64,000 bases of DNA from the human T2T-CHM13v2.0 reference genome, Homo sapiens (GCF_009914755.1 NC_060927.1), one strand, 5' to 3'; positions 12,950 to 30,900 are shown, numbered from the stretch's first letter. Numbers and translations: made by a program. Notes: generated by a model not told the origin, from the letters alone.

Positions 12950-15900
12950 TGAAATTACATCAAATATATATTATATTAGGTACATAAAATATGAAAGTAC
13001 ATCAAATATAGATTATATACTGTACATTAAATACCAATATACCCCAAATATATATTTTATACTGTACATGAAATATCAAAGTTCACACACTATATATTAT
13101 ATACTGTACATAAAATATCAAAGTACCCAAGGTATATATTCTATACTGTACAAAAAACATCAAAGTACCCAAAGCATGTATTATATACTGTACATAAAAT
13201 ATGAAAGTACATCAAATATATATTTTATTCTGTACATAAAATATCAAAGTACACCAGATATATATTCTATAGTGTACATAAAATATCAAAGTACCCAAAC
13301 TATACATTATATACTGTACATAAAATATGAAATTACATCAAATATATATTATATTAGGTACATAAAATAAGAAAGTACATCAAATATAGATTATATACTG
13401 TACATAAAATATCAAAGTACCCCAAATATATATTATATACTCTACATGAAATATCAAAGTTCACAAACTATATATTATATACTGTATATAAAATATCAAA
13501 GTACCCAAGGTATATATTCTATACTGTACAAAAAATATCAAAGTATCCAAAGCATGTTTTATATACTGTATATAAAATATGAAAGTACATTAAAGATATA
13601 TTTTATTCTGTACATAAAATATCAAAATACACCAGACATATATTCTATAGTGTACATAAAATAACAAAGTACACAAATTATAAATTATATACTGTACATA
13701 AAATATGAAATTACATCAAATATATATTAGGTACATAAAATATGAAAGTACATCAAATATAGATTATATACTGTACATATAATATCAATGTACCCCAAAT
13801 ATATATTTTATACTCTACATGAAATATCAAACTTCACAAACCATACATTATATACTGTACATAAAATATCAAAGTACCCAAGTTATATATTCTATACTGT
13901 ACAAAAGATATCAAAGTACCCAAAGCATGTATTATATACTGTATATAAAATATGAAAGTACATCAAATATATATTATATACTGTACATAAAATATCAAAG
14001 TACACCAGATATATATTTTATAGTGTACATAAAATATCAAAGTACCCAAACTATACATTATATACTGTACATAAAATATGAGATTACATCAAATATATAT
14101 TATATTAGGTACATAAAATATGAAAGTACATCAGATATAGATTATATACTGTACATAAAATATCAAAGTACCCCAAATATATATTATATACTCTACATGA
14201 AATATCAAAGTTCACAAACTATATATTATATACTGTACATAAAATATCAAAGTACCCAAGGTATATATTCTATACTGTACAAAAAATATCAAAATACCCA
14301 AAGCATGTATTATATACTGTATATAAAATATGAAAATACATTAAATATATATTTTATTCTGTACATAAAATATCAAAGTACACCAGATATATATTCTATA
14401 GTGTACATAAAATAACAAAGTACACAAACTATAAATTATATACTGTACGTAAAATATGAAATTACATCAAATATATATTAGGTACATAAAATATGAAAGT
14501 ACATCAAATATAGATTATATACTGTACATATAATATCAATGTACCCCAAATATATATTTTATACTCTACATGAAATATCAAAGTTCACAAACCATACATT
14601 ATATACTTTCCATAAAATATCAAAGAACCCATGGCATATATTCTATACTGTACAAAAGATATCAAAGTACCCAAAGCATGTATTATATACTGTACATAAA
14701 ATATGAGAGTACATCAAATATATATTTTATTCTGTACATAAAATATCAAAGTACACCAGATATATATTCTATAGTGTACATAAAATATCAAAGTACCCAA
14801 ACTATATATTATATACTGTACATAAAATATGAAATTACATCAAATATGTAGTATATTAGGTACATAAAATATGAAAGTACATCAAATATAGATTATATAC
14901 CATACATAAAATATCAAAGTACCCCAAATATATATTATATACTATACATGAAATATCAAATATCACAAACTATATATTATATACTGTACATAAAATATCA
15001 AAGTACCCAATGTATATATTCTATAGTGTACAAAAAATATCAAAGTACCCAAAGCATGTATTATATACTGTACATAAAATATAAAAGTACATCAAATATA
15101 TATTTTATTCTGTACATAAAATATGAAAGTACACCAGATATATATTCTATAGTGTACATAAAATATCAAAGTACCCAAACTATACATTATATACTGTACA
15201 TAAAATATGAAATTACATCAAATATATATTATATTAGGTACTTAAAATATGAAAGTACATCAAATATAGATTATATACTGTACATAAAATATCAAAGTAC
15301 CCCAAATATATATTATATACTCTACATGAAATATCAAAGTTCACAAACTATATATTATATACTGTACATAAAATATCAAAGTACCCAAGGTATATATTCT
15401 ATACTGTACAAAAAATATCAAAGTATCCAAAGCATGTTTTATATACTGTATATAAAATATGAAAGTACATTAAAGATATATTTTATTCTGTACATAAAAT
15501 ATCAAAATACACCAGATATATATTCTATAGTGTACATAAAATAACAAAGTACAGAAACTATAAATTATATACTGTACATAAAATATGAAATTACATCAAA
15601 TATATATTAGGTACATAAAATATGAAAGTACATCAAATATAGATTATATACTGTACATATAATATCAATGTACCCCAAATATATATTTTATACTCTACAT
15701 GAAATATCAAAGTTCACAAACCATACATTATATACTGTACATAAAATATCAAAGTACCCAAGTTATATATTCTATACTGTACAAAAGATATCAAAGTACC
15801 CAAAGCATGTATTATATACTGTATATAAAATATGAAAGTACATCAAATATATATTATATACTGTACATATAATATCAAAGTACACCAGATATATATTTTA

Positions 15901-18900
15901 TAGTGTACATAAAATATCAAAGTACCCAAACTATACATTATATACTGTACATAAAATATGAGATTACATCAAATATATATTATATTAGGTACATAAAATA
16001 TGAAAGTACATCAGATATAGATTATATACTGTACATAAAATATCAAAGTACCCCAAATATATATTATATACTCTACATGAAATATCAAAGTTCACAAACT
16101 ATATATTATATACTGTACATAAAATATCAAAGTACCCAAGGTATATATTCTATACTGTACAAAAAATATCAAAATACCCATAGCATGTATTATATACTGT
16201 ATATAAAATATGAAAGTACATCAAATATATATTTTATTCTGTACATAAAATATCAAAGTACACCAGATATATATTCTATAGTGTACATAAAATATCAACG
16301 TACCCAAACTATACATTATATACTGTACATAAAATATGAAATTACAGCAAATATATATTATATTAGGTACATAAAATATGAAAGTACATCAAATATAGAT
16401 TATATACTGTACATTAAATACCAAAGTACCCCAAATATATATTTTATACTGTACATGAAATATCAAAGTTCACAAACTATATATTATATACTGTACATAA
16501 AATATCAATGTACCCAAGGTATATATTCTATACTGCACAAAAAATATCAAAGTACCCAAAGCATGTATTATATACTGTATATAAAATATGAAAGTACATC
16601 AAATATATATTTTATTCTGTACATAAAATATCAAAGTACACCAGATATATATTCTATAGTGTACACAAAATATCAAAGTACCCAAACTATACATTATATA
16701 CTGTACATAAAATATGAAATTACATCAAATATATATTATATTAGGTACATAAAATACGAAAGTACATCAAATATAGATTATATACTGTACATAAAATATC
16801 AAAGTACCCCAATATATATTATATACTGTACATGAAATATCAAAGTTCACAAACTATATATTATGTACTGTACATAAAATATCAAAGTACCCAAGGTATA
16901 TATTCTATACTGTACAAAAAATATCAAAGTACCCAAAGCATGTATTATATAATGTACGTAAAATATGAAAGTACATCCAATATATATTTTATTCTGTACA
17001 TAAAATATCAAAGAACACCAGATATATATTCTATAGTGTACATAAAATATCAAAGTACACAAACTATACATTATATACTGTACATAAAATATGAAATTAC
17101 ATCATATATATATTAGGTACATAAAATATGAAAGTACATCAAATATATATTTTATTCTGTACATAAAATATCAAAGTACACCAGATATATATTCTATAGT
17201 GTACATAAAATAACAAAGTACACAAACTATAAATTATATACTGTACATAAAATATGAAATTACATCAAATATATATTAGGTACATAAAATATGAAAGTAC
17301 ATCAAATATAGATTATATACTGTACATATAATATCAATGTACCCGAAATATATATTTTATACTCTACATGAAATATCAAAGTTCACAAACCATATATTGT
17401 ATACTGCACATAAAATATCAAAATACCCAAGGTATATATTCTATACTGTACAAAAAATATCAAAGTACCCAAAGCATGTATTATATACTGTACATAAAAT
17501 ATGAAAGTACATCAAATATATATTTTATTCTGTACATAAAATATCAAAGTACACCACATATATATTCTGTAGTGTACATAAAATATCAAAGTACCCAAAC
17601 TATATATTACATACAGTACATAAAATATGAAATTACATCAAATATGTATTATATTAGGTACATAAAATATGAAAGTACATCAAATATAGATTATATACCA
17701 TACATAAAATATCAAAGTACCCCAAATATATATTATATACTATACATGAAATATCAAATATCACAAACTATATATTATATACTGTACATAAAATATCAAA
17801 GTACCCAATGTATATATTCTATAGTGTACAAAAAATATCAAAGTACCCAAAGCATGTATTATATACTGTACATAAAATATAAAAGTACATCAAATATATA
17901 TTTTATTCTGTACATAAAATATGAAAGTACACCAGATATATATTCTATAGTGTACATAAAATATCAAAGTACCCAAACTATACATTATATACTGTACATA
18001 AAATATGAAATTACATCAAATATATATTATATTAGGTACTTAAAATATGAAAGTACATCAAATATAGATTATATACTGTACATAAAATATCAAAGTACCA
18101 CAAATATATATTATATACTGTACATGAAATATCAAAGTTCACAACTATATATTATATACTGTACATAAAATATCAAAGTCCCCAAGGTATATATTCTATA
18201 CTGTACAAAAAATATCAAAGTACACAAAGCATGTATTATATACTGTACATAAAATATGAAATTACATCAAATATATATTATATTAGGTACATAAAATATG
18301 AAAGTACATCAAATATAGATTATATACTGTACATAAAATATCAAAGTACCCCAAATATATATTATATACTGTACATGTAATATCAAAGTTCACAACTATA
18401 TATTACATACTGTACATAAAATATCAAAGTACCCAAGGTATATATTCTATACTGTACAAAAAATATCAAAGTACCCAAAGCATGTATTATATACTGTACA
18501 TAAAATATGAAAGTACATCAAATATATATTTTATTCTGTACATAAAATATCAAAGTACACCAAATATATATTCTATAGTGTACATAAAATATCAAAGTAC
18601 CCAAACTATACATTATATACTGTACATAAAATATGAAATTACATCAAATATATATTTTATTCTGTACATAAAATATCAAAGAACACCAGATATATATACT
18701 ATAGTGCACATAAAATATCAAAGTACCCAAACTATACATTATACACTGCACATAAAATATGAAATTACATCAAATATATATTAGGTACATAAAATATGAA
18801 AGTACATCAAATATAGATTATATACTGTAAATATAATATCAATGTACCCCAAATATATATTTTATACTCTACATGAAATATCAAAGTTCACAAACCATAT

Positions 18901-21900
18901 ATTATATACTGTACATAAAATATCAAAGTACCCAAGGTATATATTCTATAATGTACAAAAAATATCAAAGTACCCAAAGCATGTATTATATACTGTACAT
19001 AAAATATGAAAGTACATCAAATATATATTTTATTCTGTACATAAAATATCAGAGTACACCAGATATATATTCTATAGTGTACATAAAATATCAAAGTACC
19101 CAAACTATACATTATATACTGTACATAAAATATGAAATTACATCAAATATATATTATATTAGGTACATGAAATTTGAAAGTACATCAAATATAGATTATA
19201 TACTGTACATTAAATACCAAGGTACCCCAAATATATATTTTATACTGTACATGAAATATCAAAGTTCACAAACTATATATTATATACTGTACATAAAATA
19301 TCAATGTACCCAAGGTATATATTCTATACTGCACAAAAAATATCAAAGTACCCAAAGCATGTATTATATACTGTATATAAAATATGAAAGTACATCAAAT
19401 ATATATTTTATTCTGTACATAAAATATCAAAGTACACCAGATATATATTCTATAGTGTACATAAAATAACAAAGTACACAAACTATAAATTATATACTGT
19501 ACATAAAATATGAAATTACATCAAATATATATTAGGCACATAAAATATGAAAGTACATCAAATATAGATTATATACTGTACATATAATATCAATGTACCC
19601 GAAATATATATTTTATACTCTACATGAAATATCAAAGTGCCCAAACCATATATTGTATACTGCACATAAAATATCAAAATACCCAAGGTATATATTCTAT
19701 ACTGTACAAAAAATATCAAAGTACCCAAAGCAGGTATTATATACTGTAAATAAAATATGAAAGTACATCAAATATATATTTTATTCTGTACATAAAATAT
19801 CAAAGTACACCAGATATATATTCTATAGCGTACATAAAATATCAAAGTACACAAACTGTACATTATATACTGTATATAAAATATGAAATTAAATCAAATA
19901 TATATTATATTAGGTACATAAAATATGAAAGTACATCAAATATAGATTATATACTGTACATTAAATACCAAAGTACCCCAAATATATATTTTATACTGTA
20001 CATGAAATTTCAAAGTTCACAAACTATATATTATATACTGTACATAAAATATCAAAGTACCCAAGGTATATATTCTATAGTGTACAAAAAATATCAAAGT
20101 ACCCAAAGCATGTATTATATACCGTACATAAAATATAAAATTACATCAAATATATATTTTATTCTGTACATAAAATATCAAAGTACACCAGATATATATA
20201 CTATAGTGTACATAAAATATCAAAGTACCCAAACTATACATTATACACTGTACATAAAATATGAAATTACATCAAATATATATTAGGTACATAAAATATG
20301 AAAGTACATCAAATATAGATTATATACTGTAAATATAATATCAATGTACCCCAAATATATATTTTATACTCTATATGAAATATCAAAGTTCACAAACCAT
20401 ATATTATATACTGTACATAAAATATCAAAGTACCAAAGGTATATATTCTATACTGTACAAAAAATATCAAAGTACCCAAAGCATGTATTATATACTGTAC
20501 ATAAAATATGAAAGTACATCAAATATATATTTTATTCTGTACATAAAATATCAAAGTACACCAGATATATATTCTATAGTGTACATAAAATATCAAAGTA
20601 CCCAAACTATACATTATATACTGTACATAAAATATGAAATTACATCAAATATATATTATATTAGGTACATGAAATATGAAAGTACATCAAATATAGATTA
20701 TATACTGTACATAAAATATGAAAGTACCCCAAATATATATTATATACTCTACATGAAATATCAAAGTTCACAAACTATATATTATATACTGTACATAAAA
20801 TATCAAAGTACCCAAGGCATATATTCTATACTGTACAAAAAATATCAAAGTATCCAAAGCAGGTATTATATACTGTATATAAAATATGAAAGTACATCAA
20901 ATATATATTTTATTCTGTACATAAAATATCAAAGTACACCAGATATATATTCTATAGTGTACATAAAATATCAAGGTACCCAAACTATATATTATATACT
21001 GTACATAAAATATGAAATTACAGCAAATATATATTATATTAGGTACATAAAATATGAAAGTACATCAAATATAGATTATATACTGTACATTAAATACCAA
21101 AGTACCCCAAATATATATTTTATACTGTACATGAAATATCAAAGTTCACAAACTATATATTATATACTGTACATAAAATATCAATGTACCCAAGGTATAT
21201 ATTCTATACTGCACAAAAAATATCAAAGTACCCAAAGCATGTATTATATACTGTATATAAAATATGAAAGTACATCAAATATATATTTTATTCTGTACAT
21301 AAAATAACAAAGTACACCAGATATATATTCTATAGTGTACATAAAATATCAAAGTACCCAAACTATACATTATATACTGTACATAAATATGAAATTACAT
21401 CAAATATATATTATATTAGGTACATAAAATATGAAAGTACATGAAGTATAGATTATATACTGTAGATAAAATATCAAAGTACCCCAAATTTATATTATAT
21501 ACTATACATGAAATATCAAAGTTCACAAACTATATATTATATACTGTACATAAAATATCAAAGTACCCAAGGTATATATTCTATAGTGTACAAAAAATAT
21601 CAAAGTACCCAAAGCATGTATTATATACCGTACATAAAATATAAAATTACATCAAATATATATTTTATTCTGTACATAAAATATCAAAGTACACCAGATA
21701 TATATACTATAGTGTACATAAAATATCAAAGTACCCAAACTATACATTATACACTGTACATAAAATATGAAATTACATCAAATATATATTAGGTACATAA
21801 AATATGAAAGTACATCAAATATAGATTATATACTGTAAATATAATATCAATGTACCCCAAATATATATTTTATACTCTACATGAAATATCAAAGTTCACA

Positions 21901-24900
21901 AACCATATATTATATACTGTACATAAAATATCAAAGTACCCAAGGTATATATTCTATACTGTGCAAAAAATATCAAAGTACCCAAAGCATGTATTATATA
22001 CTGTATATAAAATATGAAAGTACATCAAATATATATTTTATTCTGTACATAAAATGTCAAAGTACACCAGATATATATTCTATAGTGTACATAAAATATC
22101 AAAGTACCCAAACTATACATTATATACTGTACATAAAATATGAAATTACATCAAATATATATTAAGTACATAAAATATGAAAGTACATCAAATATAGATT
22201 ATATAGTGTACATAAAATATCAATGTACACCAAATATATATTATATACTCTACATGAAATATCAAAGTTCACAAACTATATATTATATACTGTCCATAAA
22301 ATATCAAAGTACCCAAGGTATATATTTTATACTGTACAAAAAATATCAAAGTACCCAAAGCATGTATTATATACTATACCTAAAATATGAAAGTACATCA
22401 ATTATATATTTTATTCTGTACATAAAATATCAAAGTACACCAGATATATATTCTACAGTGTATATAAAATATCAAAGTACCCAAACTATACATTATATAC
22501 TGTACATAAAATATGAAATTACATCAAATATATATTATATTAGGTATATAAAATATGAAAGTACATGAAGTATAGATTATATACTGTACATAAAATATCA
22601 AAGTACCCCAAATTTATATTATATACTATACATGAAATATCAAAGTTCACAAACTATATATTATATACTGTACATAAAATATCAAAGTACCCAAGGTATA
22701 TATTCTATAGTGTACAAAAAATATCAAAGTACCCAAAGCATGTATTATATACCGTACGTAAAATATAAAATTACATCAAATATATATTTTATTCTGTACA
22801 TAAAATATCAAAGTACACCAGATATATATACTATAGTGTACATAAAATATCAAAGTACCCAAACTATACATTATACACTGCACATAAAATATGAAATTAC
22901 ATCAAATATATATTAGGTACGTAAAATATGAAAGTACATCAAATATAGATTATATACTGTAAATATAATATCAATGTACCCCAAATATATATTTTATACT
23001 CTACATGAAATATCAAAGTTCACAAACCATATATTATATACTGTAAATAAAATATCAAAGTACCCAAGGTATATATTCTATACTGTACAAAAAATATCAA
23101 AGTACCCAAAGCATGTATTATATACTGTACATAAAATATGAAAGTACATCAAATATATATTTTATTCTGTACATAAAATATCAAAGTACACCAGATATAT
23201 ATTCTATAGTGTACATAAAATAACAAAGTACACAAACTATAAATTATATCCTGTACATAAAATATGAAATTACATCAAATATATATTAGGTACATAAAAT
23301 ATGAAAGTACATCAAATATAGATTATATACTGTACATTAAGTACCAAAGTACACCAAATATATATTTTATTCTGTACATAAAATATCAAAGTACACCAGA
23401 TATATATTCTATAGTGTACATAAAATATCAAAGTACCCAAACTATACATTATATACTGTACATAAAATATGAAATTACAGCAAATATATATTATATTAGG
23501 TAAATGAAATATGAAAGTACATCAAATATAGATTATATACTGTACATAAAATATGAAAGTACCCCAAATATATATTATATACTCTACATGAAATATCAAA
23601 GTTCACAAACTATATATTATATACTGTACATAAAATACCAAAGTACCCAAGGTATATATTCTATACTGTACAAAAAATATCAAAGTATCCAAAGCATGTA
23701 TTATATACTGTATATAAAATATGAAAGTACATCAAATATATATTTTATTCTGTACATAAAATATCAAAGTACACCAGATATATATTCTATAGTGTACATA
23801 AAATATCAAAGTACCCAAACTATACATTATATACTGTACATAAAATATGAAATTACAGCAAATATATATTATATTAGGTACATAAAATATGAAAGTACAT
23901 CAAATATAGATTATATACTGTACATTAAATACCAAAGTACCCCAAATATATATTTTATACTGTACATGAAATATCAAAGTTCACAAACTATATATTATAT
24001 ACTGTACATAAAATATCAATGTACCCAAGGTATATATTCTATACTGCACAAAAAATATCAAAGTACCCAAAGCATGTATTATATACTGTATATAAAATAT
24101 GAAAGTACATCAAATATATATTTTATTCTGTACATAAAATATCAAAGTACACCAGATATATATTCTATAGTGTACATAAAATATCAAAGTACCCAAACTA
24201 TACATTATATACTGTACATAAAATATGAAATTACATCAAATACATATTATATTAGGTACATAAAATACGAAAGTACATCAAATATAGATTATATACTGTA
24301 CATAAAATATGAAAGTACCCCAATATATATTATATACTCTACATGAAATATCAAAGTTCACAAACTATATATTATGTACTGTACATAAAATATCAAACTA
24401 CCCAAGGTATATATTCTATACTGTACAAAAAATATCAAAGTACCCAAAGCATGTATTATATAATGTACATAAAATATGAAAGTACATCAAATATATATTT
24501 TATTCTGTACATAAAATATCAAAGAACACCAGATATATATTCTATAGTGTACATAAAATATCAAAGTACCCAAACTATACATTATATACTGTACATAAAA
24601 TATGAAATTACATCAAATATATATTATATTAGGTACATAAAATATGAAAGTACATCAAATATAGATTATATACTGTAAATATAATATCAATGTACCCCAA
24701 ATATATATTTTATACTCTACATGAAATATCAAAGTTCACAAACCATATATTATATACTGTACATAAAATATCAAAGTACCCAAGGTATATATTCTATACT
24801 GTACAAAAAATATCAAAGTACCCAAAGCATGTATTATATACTATACCTAAAATATGAAAGTACATCAAATATATATTTTATTCTGTACATAAAATATCAA

Positions 24901-27900
24901 AGTACACCAGATATATATTCTACAGTGTACATAAAATATCAAAGTACCCAAACTATACATTATATACTGTACATAAAATATGAAATTACATCAAATATAT
25001 ATTATATTAGGTACATAAAATACGAAAGTACATCAAATATAGATTATATACTGTACATAAAATATCAAAGTACCCCAATATATATTATATACTGTACATG
25101 AAATATCAAAGTTCACAAACTATATATTATGTACTGTACATAAAATTTCAAAGTACCCAAGGTATATATTCTATACTGTACAAAAAATATCAAAGTACCC
25201 AAAGCATGTATTATATAATGTACATAAAATATGAAAGTACATCAAATATATATTTTATTCTGTACATAAAATATCAAAGTACACCAGATATATATTCTAT
25301 AGCGTACATAAAATATCAAAGTACACAAACTATACATTATATACTGTACATAAAATATGAAATTACATCAAATATATATTATATTAGGTAAATGAAATAT
25401 GAAAGTACATCAAATATAGATTATATACTGTACATAAAATATGAAAGTACCCCAAATATATATTATATACTCTACATGAAATATCAAAGTTCACAAACTA
25501 TATATTATATACTGTACATAAAATATCAAAGTACCCAAGGTATATATTCTATACTGTACAAAAAATATCAAAGTATCCAAAGCATGTATTATATACTGTA
25601 TATAAAATATGAAAGTACATCAAATATATATTTTATTCTGTACATAAAATATCAAAGTACACCAGATATATATTCTATAGCGTACATAAAATATCAAAGT
25701 ACACAAACTATACATTATATACTGTACATAAAATATGAAATTACATCAAATATATATTATATTAGGTACATAAAATATGAAAGTACATCAAATATAGATT
25801 ATATACTGTAAATATAATATCAATGTACCCCAAATATATATTTTATACTCTACATGAAATATCAAAGTTCACAAACCATATATTATATACTGTACATAAA
25901 ATATCAAAGTACCCAAGGTATATATTCTATACTGTACAAAAAATATCAAAGTACCCAAAGCATGTATTATATACTGTACATAAAATATGAAAGTACATCA
26001 AATATATATTTTATTCTGTACATAAAATATCAAAGTACACCAGATATATATTCTATAGTGTACATAAAATATCAAAGTACCCAAACTATACATTATATAC
26101 TGTACATAAAATATGAAATTACATCAAATATATATTATATTAGGTAAATGAAATATGAAAGTACATCAAATATAGATTATATACTGTACATAAAATATGA
26201 AAGTACCCCAAATATATAATATACTCTACATGAAATATCAAAGTTCACAAACTATATATTATATACTGTACATAAAATATCAAAGTACCCAAGGTATATA
26301 TTCTATACTGTACAAAAAATATCAAAGTATCCAAAGCATGTATTATATACTGTATATAAAATATGAAAGTACATCAAATATATATTTTATTCTGTACATA
26401 AAATATCAAAGTACACCAGATATATATTCTATAGTGTACATAAAATATCAAAGTACCCAAACTATACATTATATACTGTACATAAAATATGAAATTACAG
26501 CAAATATATATTATATTAGGTACATAAAATATGAAAGTACATCAAATATAGATTATATACTCTACATTAAATACCAAAGTACCCCAAATATATATTTTAT
26601 ACTGTACATGAAATATCAAAGTTCACAAACTATATATTATATACTGTACATAAAATATCAATGTACCCAAGGTATATATTCTATACTGCACAAAAAATAT
26701 CAAAGTACCCAAAGCATGTATTATATACTGTATATAAAATATGAAAGTACATCAAATATATATTTTATTCTGTACATAAAATATCAAAGTACACCAGATA
26801 TATATTCTATAGTGTACATAAAATATCAAAGTACCCAAACTATACATTATATACTGTACATAAAATATGAAATTACATCAAATATATATTATATTAGGTA
26901 CATAAAATACGAAAGTACATCAAATATAGATTATATACTGTACATAAAATATGAAAGTACCCCAATATATATTATATACTCTACATGAAATATCAAAGTT
27001 CACAAACTATATATTATGTACTGTACATAAAATATCAAACTACCCAAGGTATATATTCTATACTGTACAAAAAATATCAAAGTACCCAAAGCATGTATTA
27101 TATAATGTACATAAAATATGAAAGTACATCAAATATATATTTTATTCTGTACATAAAATATCAAAGAACACCAGATATATATTCTATAGTGTACATAAAA
27201 TATCAAAGTACCCAAACTATACATTATATACTGTACATAAAATATGAAATTACATCATATATATATTAGGTACATAAAATATGAAAGTACATCAAATATA
27301 TATTTTATTCTGTACATAAAATATCAAAGTACACCAGATATATATTCTATAGTGTACATAAAATAACAAAGTACACAAACTATAAAATATATACTGTACA
27401 TAAAATATGAAATTACATCAAATATATATTAGGTACATAAAATATGAAAGTACATCAAATATAGATTATATACTGTACATATAATATCAATGTACCCGAA
27501 ATATATATTTTATACTCTACATGAAATATCAAAGTTCACAAACCATATATTGTATACTGCACATAAAATATCAAAATACACAAGGTATATATTCTATACT
27601 GTACAAAAAATATCAAAGTACCCAAAGCAGGTATTATATACTGTATATAAAATATGAAAGTACATCAAATATATATTTTATTCTGTACATAAAATATCAA
27701 AGTACACCAGATATATATTCTATAGTGTACATAAAATATAAAGGTACCCAAACTATATATTATATACTGTACATAAAATATGAAATTACAGCAAATATAT
27801 ATTATATTAGGTACATAAAATATGAAAGTACATCAAATATAGATTATATACTGTACATTAAATACCAAAGTACCCCAAATATATATTTTATACTGTACAT

Positions 27901-30900
27901 GAAATATCAAAGTTCACAAACTATATATTATATACTGTACATAAAATATCAATGTACCCAAGGTATATATTCTATACTGCACAAAAAATATCAAAGTACC
28001 CAAAGCATGTATTATATACTGTATATAAAATATGAAAGTACATCAAATATATATTTTATTCTGTACATAAAATATCAAAGTACACCAGATATATATTCTA
28101 TAGCGTACATAAAATATCAAAGCACACAAACTATACATTATATACTGTACATAAAATATGAAATTACATCAAATATATATTATATTAGGTACATAAAATA
28201 TGAAAGTACATCAAATATAGATTATATACTGTAAATATAATATCAATGTACCCCAAATATATATTTTATACTCTACATGAAATATCAAAGTTCACAAACC
28301 ATATATTATATACTGTACATAAAATATCAAAGTACCCAAGGTATATATTCTATACTGTACAAAAAATATCAAAGTACCCAAAGCATGTATTATATACTGT
28401 ACATAAAATATGAAAGTACATCAAATATATATTTTATTCTGTACATAAAATATCAAAGTACACCAGATATATATTCTATAGTGTACATAAAATATCAAAG
28501 TACCCAAACTATACATTATATACTGTACATAAAATATGAAATTACATCAAACATATATTATATTAGGTAAATGAAATATGAAAGTACATCAAATATAGAT
28601 TATATACTGTACATAAAATATGAAAGTACCCCAAATATATATTATATACTCTACATGAAATATCAAAGTTCACAAACTATATATTATGTACTGTACATAA
28701 AATATCAAAGTACCCAAGGTATATATTCTATACTGTACAAAAAATATCAAAGTATCCAAAGCATGTATTATATACTGTATATAAAATATGAAAGTACATC
28801 AAATATATATTTTATTCTGTACATAAAATATCAAAGTACACCAGATATATATTCTATAGTGTACATAAAATATCAAAGTACCCAAACTATACATTATATA
28901 CTGTACATAAAATATGAAATTACAGCAAATATATATTATATTAGGTACATAAAATATGAAAGTACATCAAATATAGATTATATACTCTACATTAAATACC
29001 AAAGTACCCCAAATATATATTTTATACTGTACATGAAATATCAAAGTTCACAAACTATATATTATATACTGTACATAAAATATCAATGTACCCAAGGTAT
29101 ATATTCTATACTGCACAAAAAATATCAAAGTACCCAAAGCATGTATTATATACTGTATATAAAATATGAAAGTACATCAAATATATATTTTATTCTGTGC
29201 ATAAAATATCAAAGTACACCAGATATATATTCTATAGTGTACATAAAATATCAAAGTACCCAAACTATACATTATATACTGTACATAAAATATGAAATTA
29301 CATCAAATATATATTATATTAGGTACATAAAATACGAAAGTACATCAAATATAGATTATATACTGTACATAAAATATGAAAGTACCCCAATATATATTAT
29401 ATACTCTACATGAAATATCAAAGTTCACAAACTATATATTATGTACTGTACATAAAATATCAAACTACCCAAGGTATATATTCTATACTGTACAAAAAAT
29501 ATCAAAGTACCCAAAGCATGTATTATATAATGTACATAAAATATGAAAGTACATCAAATATATATTTTATTCTGTACATAAAATATCAAAGAACACCAGA
29601 TATATATTCTATAGTGTACATAAAATATCAAAGTACCCAAACTATACATTATATACTGTACATAAAATATGAAATTACAGCAAATATATATTATATTAGG
29701 TACATAAAATATGAAAGTACATCAAATATAGATTATATACTGTACATTAAATACCAAAGTACCCCAAATATATATTTTATACTGTACATGAAATATCAAA
29801 GTTCACAAACTATATATTATATACTGTACATAAAATATCAATGTACCCAAGGTATATATTCTATACTGCACAAAAAATATCAAAGTACCCAAAGCATGTA
29901 TTATATACTGTATATAAAATATGAAAGTACATCAAATATATATTTTATTCTGTACATAAAATATCAAAGTACACCAGATATATATTCTATAGTGTACATA
30001 AAATAACAAAGTACACAAACTATAAATTATATCCTGTACATAAAATATGAAATTACATCAAATATATATTAGGTACATAAAATATGAAAGTACATCAAAT
30101 ATAGATTATATACTGTACATTAAGCACCAAAGTACACCAAATATATATTTTATTCTGTACATAAAATATCAAAGTACACCAGATATATATTCTATAGTGT
30201 ACATAAAATATCAAAGTACCCAAACTATACATTATATACTGTACATAAAATATGAAATTACATCAAATATATATTATATTAGGTAAATGAAATATGAAAG
30301 TACAACAAATATAGATTATATACTGTACATAAAATATGAAAGTACCCCAAATATATATTATATACTCTACATGAAATATCAAAGTTCACAAACTATATAT
30401 TATGTACTGTACATAAAATATCAAAGTACCCAAGGTATATATTCTATACTGTACAAAAAATATCAAAGTATCCAAAGCATGTATTATATACTGTATATAA
30501 AATATGAAAGTACATCAAATATATATTTTATTCTGTACATAAAATATCAAAGTACACCAGATATATATTCTATAGTGTACATAAAATATCAAAGTACCCA
30601 AACTATACATTATATACTGTACATAAAATATGAAATTACAGCAAATATATATTATATTAGGTACATAAAATATGAAAGTACATCAAATATAGATTATATA
30701 CTCTACATTAAATACCAAAGTACCCCAAATATATATTTTATACTGTACATGAAATATCAAAGTTCACAAACTATATATTATATACTGTACATAAAATATC
30801 AATGTACCCAAGGTATATATTCTATACTGCACAAAAAATATCAAAGTACCCAAAGCATGTATTATATACTGTATATAAAATATGAAAGTACATCAAATAT

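Larger units (their letters stand above)
1836..13818 (+). repeat. Super-repeat copy A (11,983 bp)
   Basis: Barcode ORFs recur at an 11,983 offset (160/12143, 593/12576, 1463/13446, 1836/13819). The ORF order matches copy B, minus one 378-bp HOR (238 aa at 4348 vs 364 aa at 34389). Its last ~0.9 kb carries older-type alleles. Confidence 0.85.
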
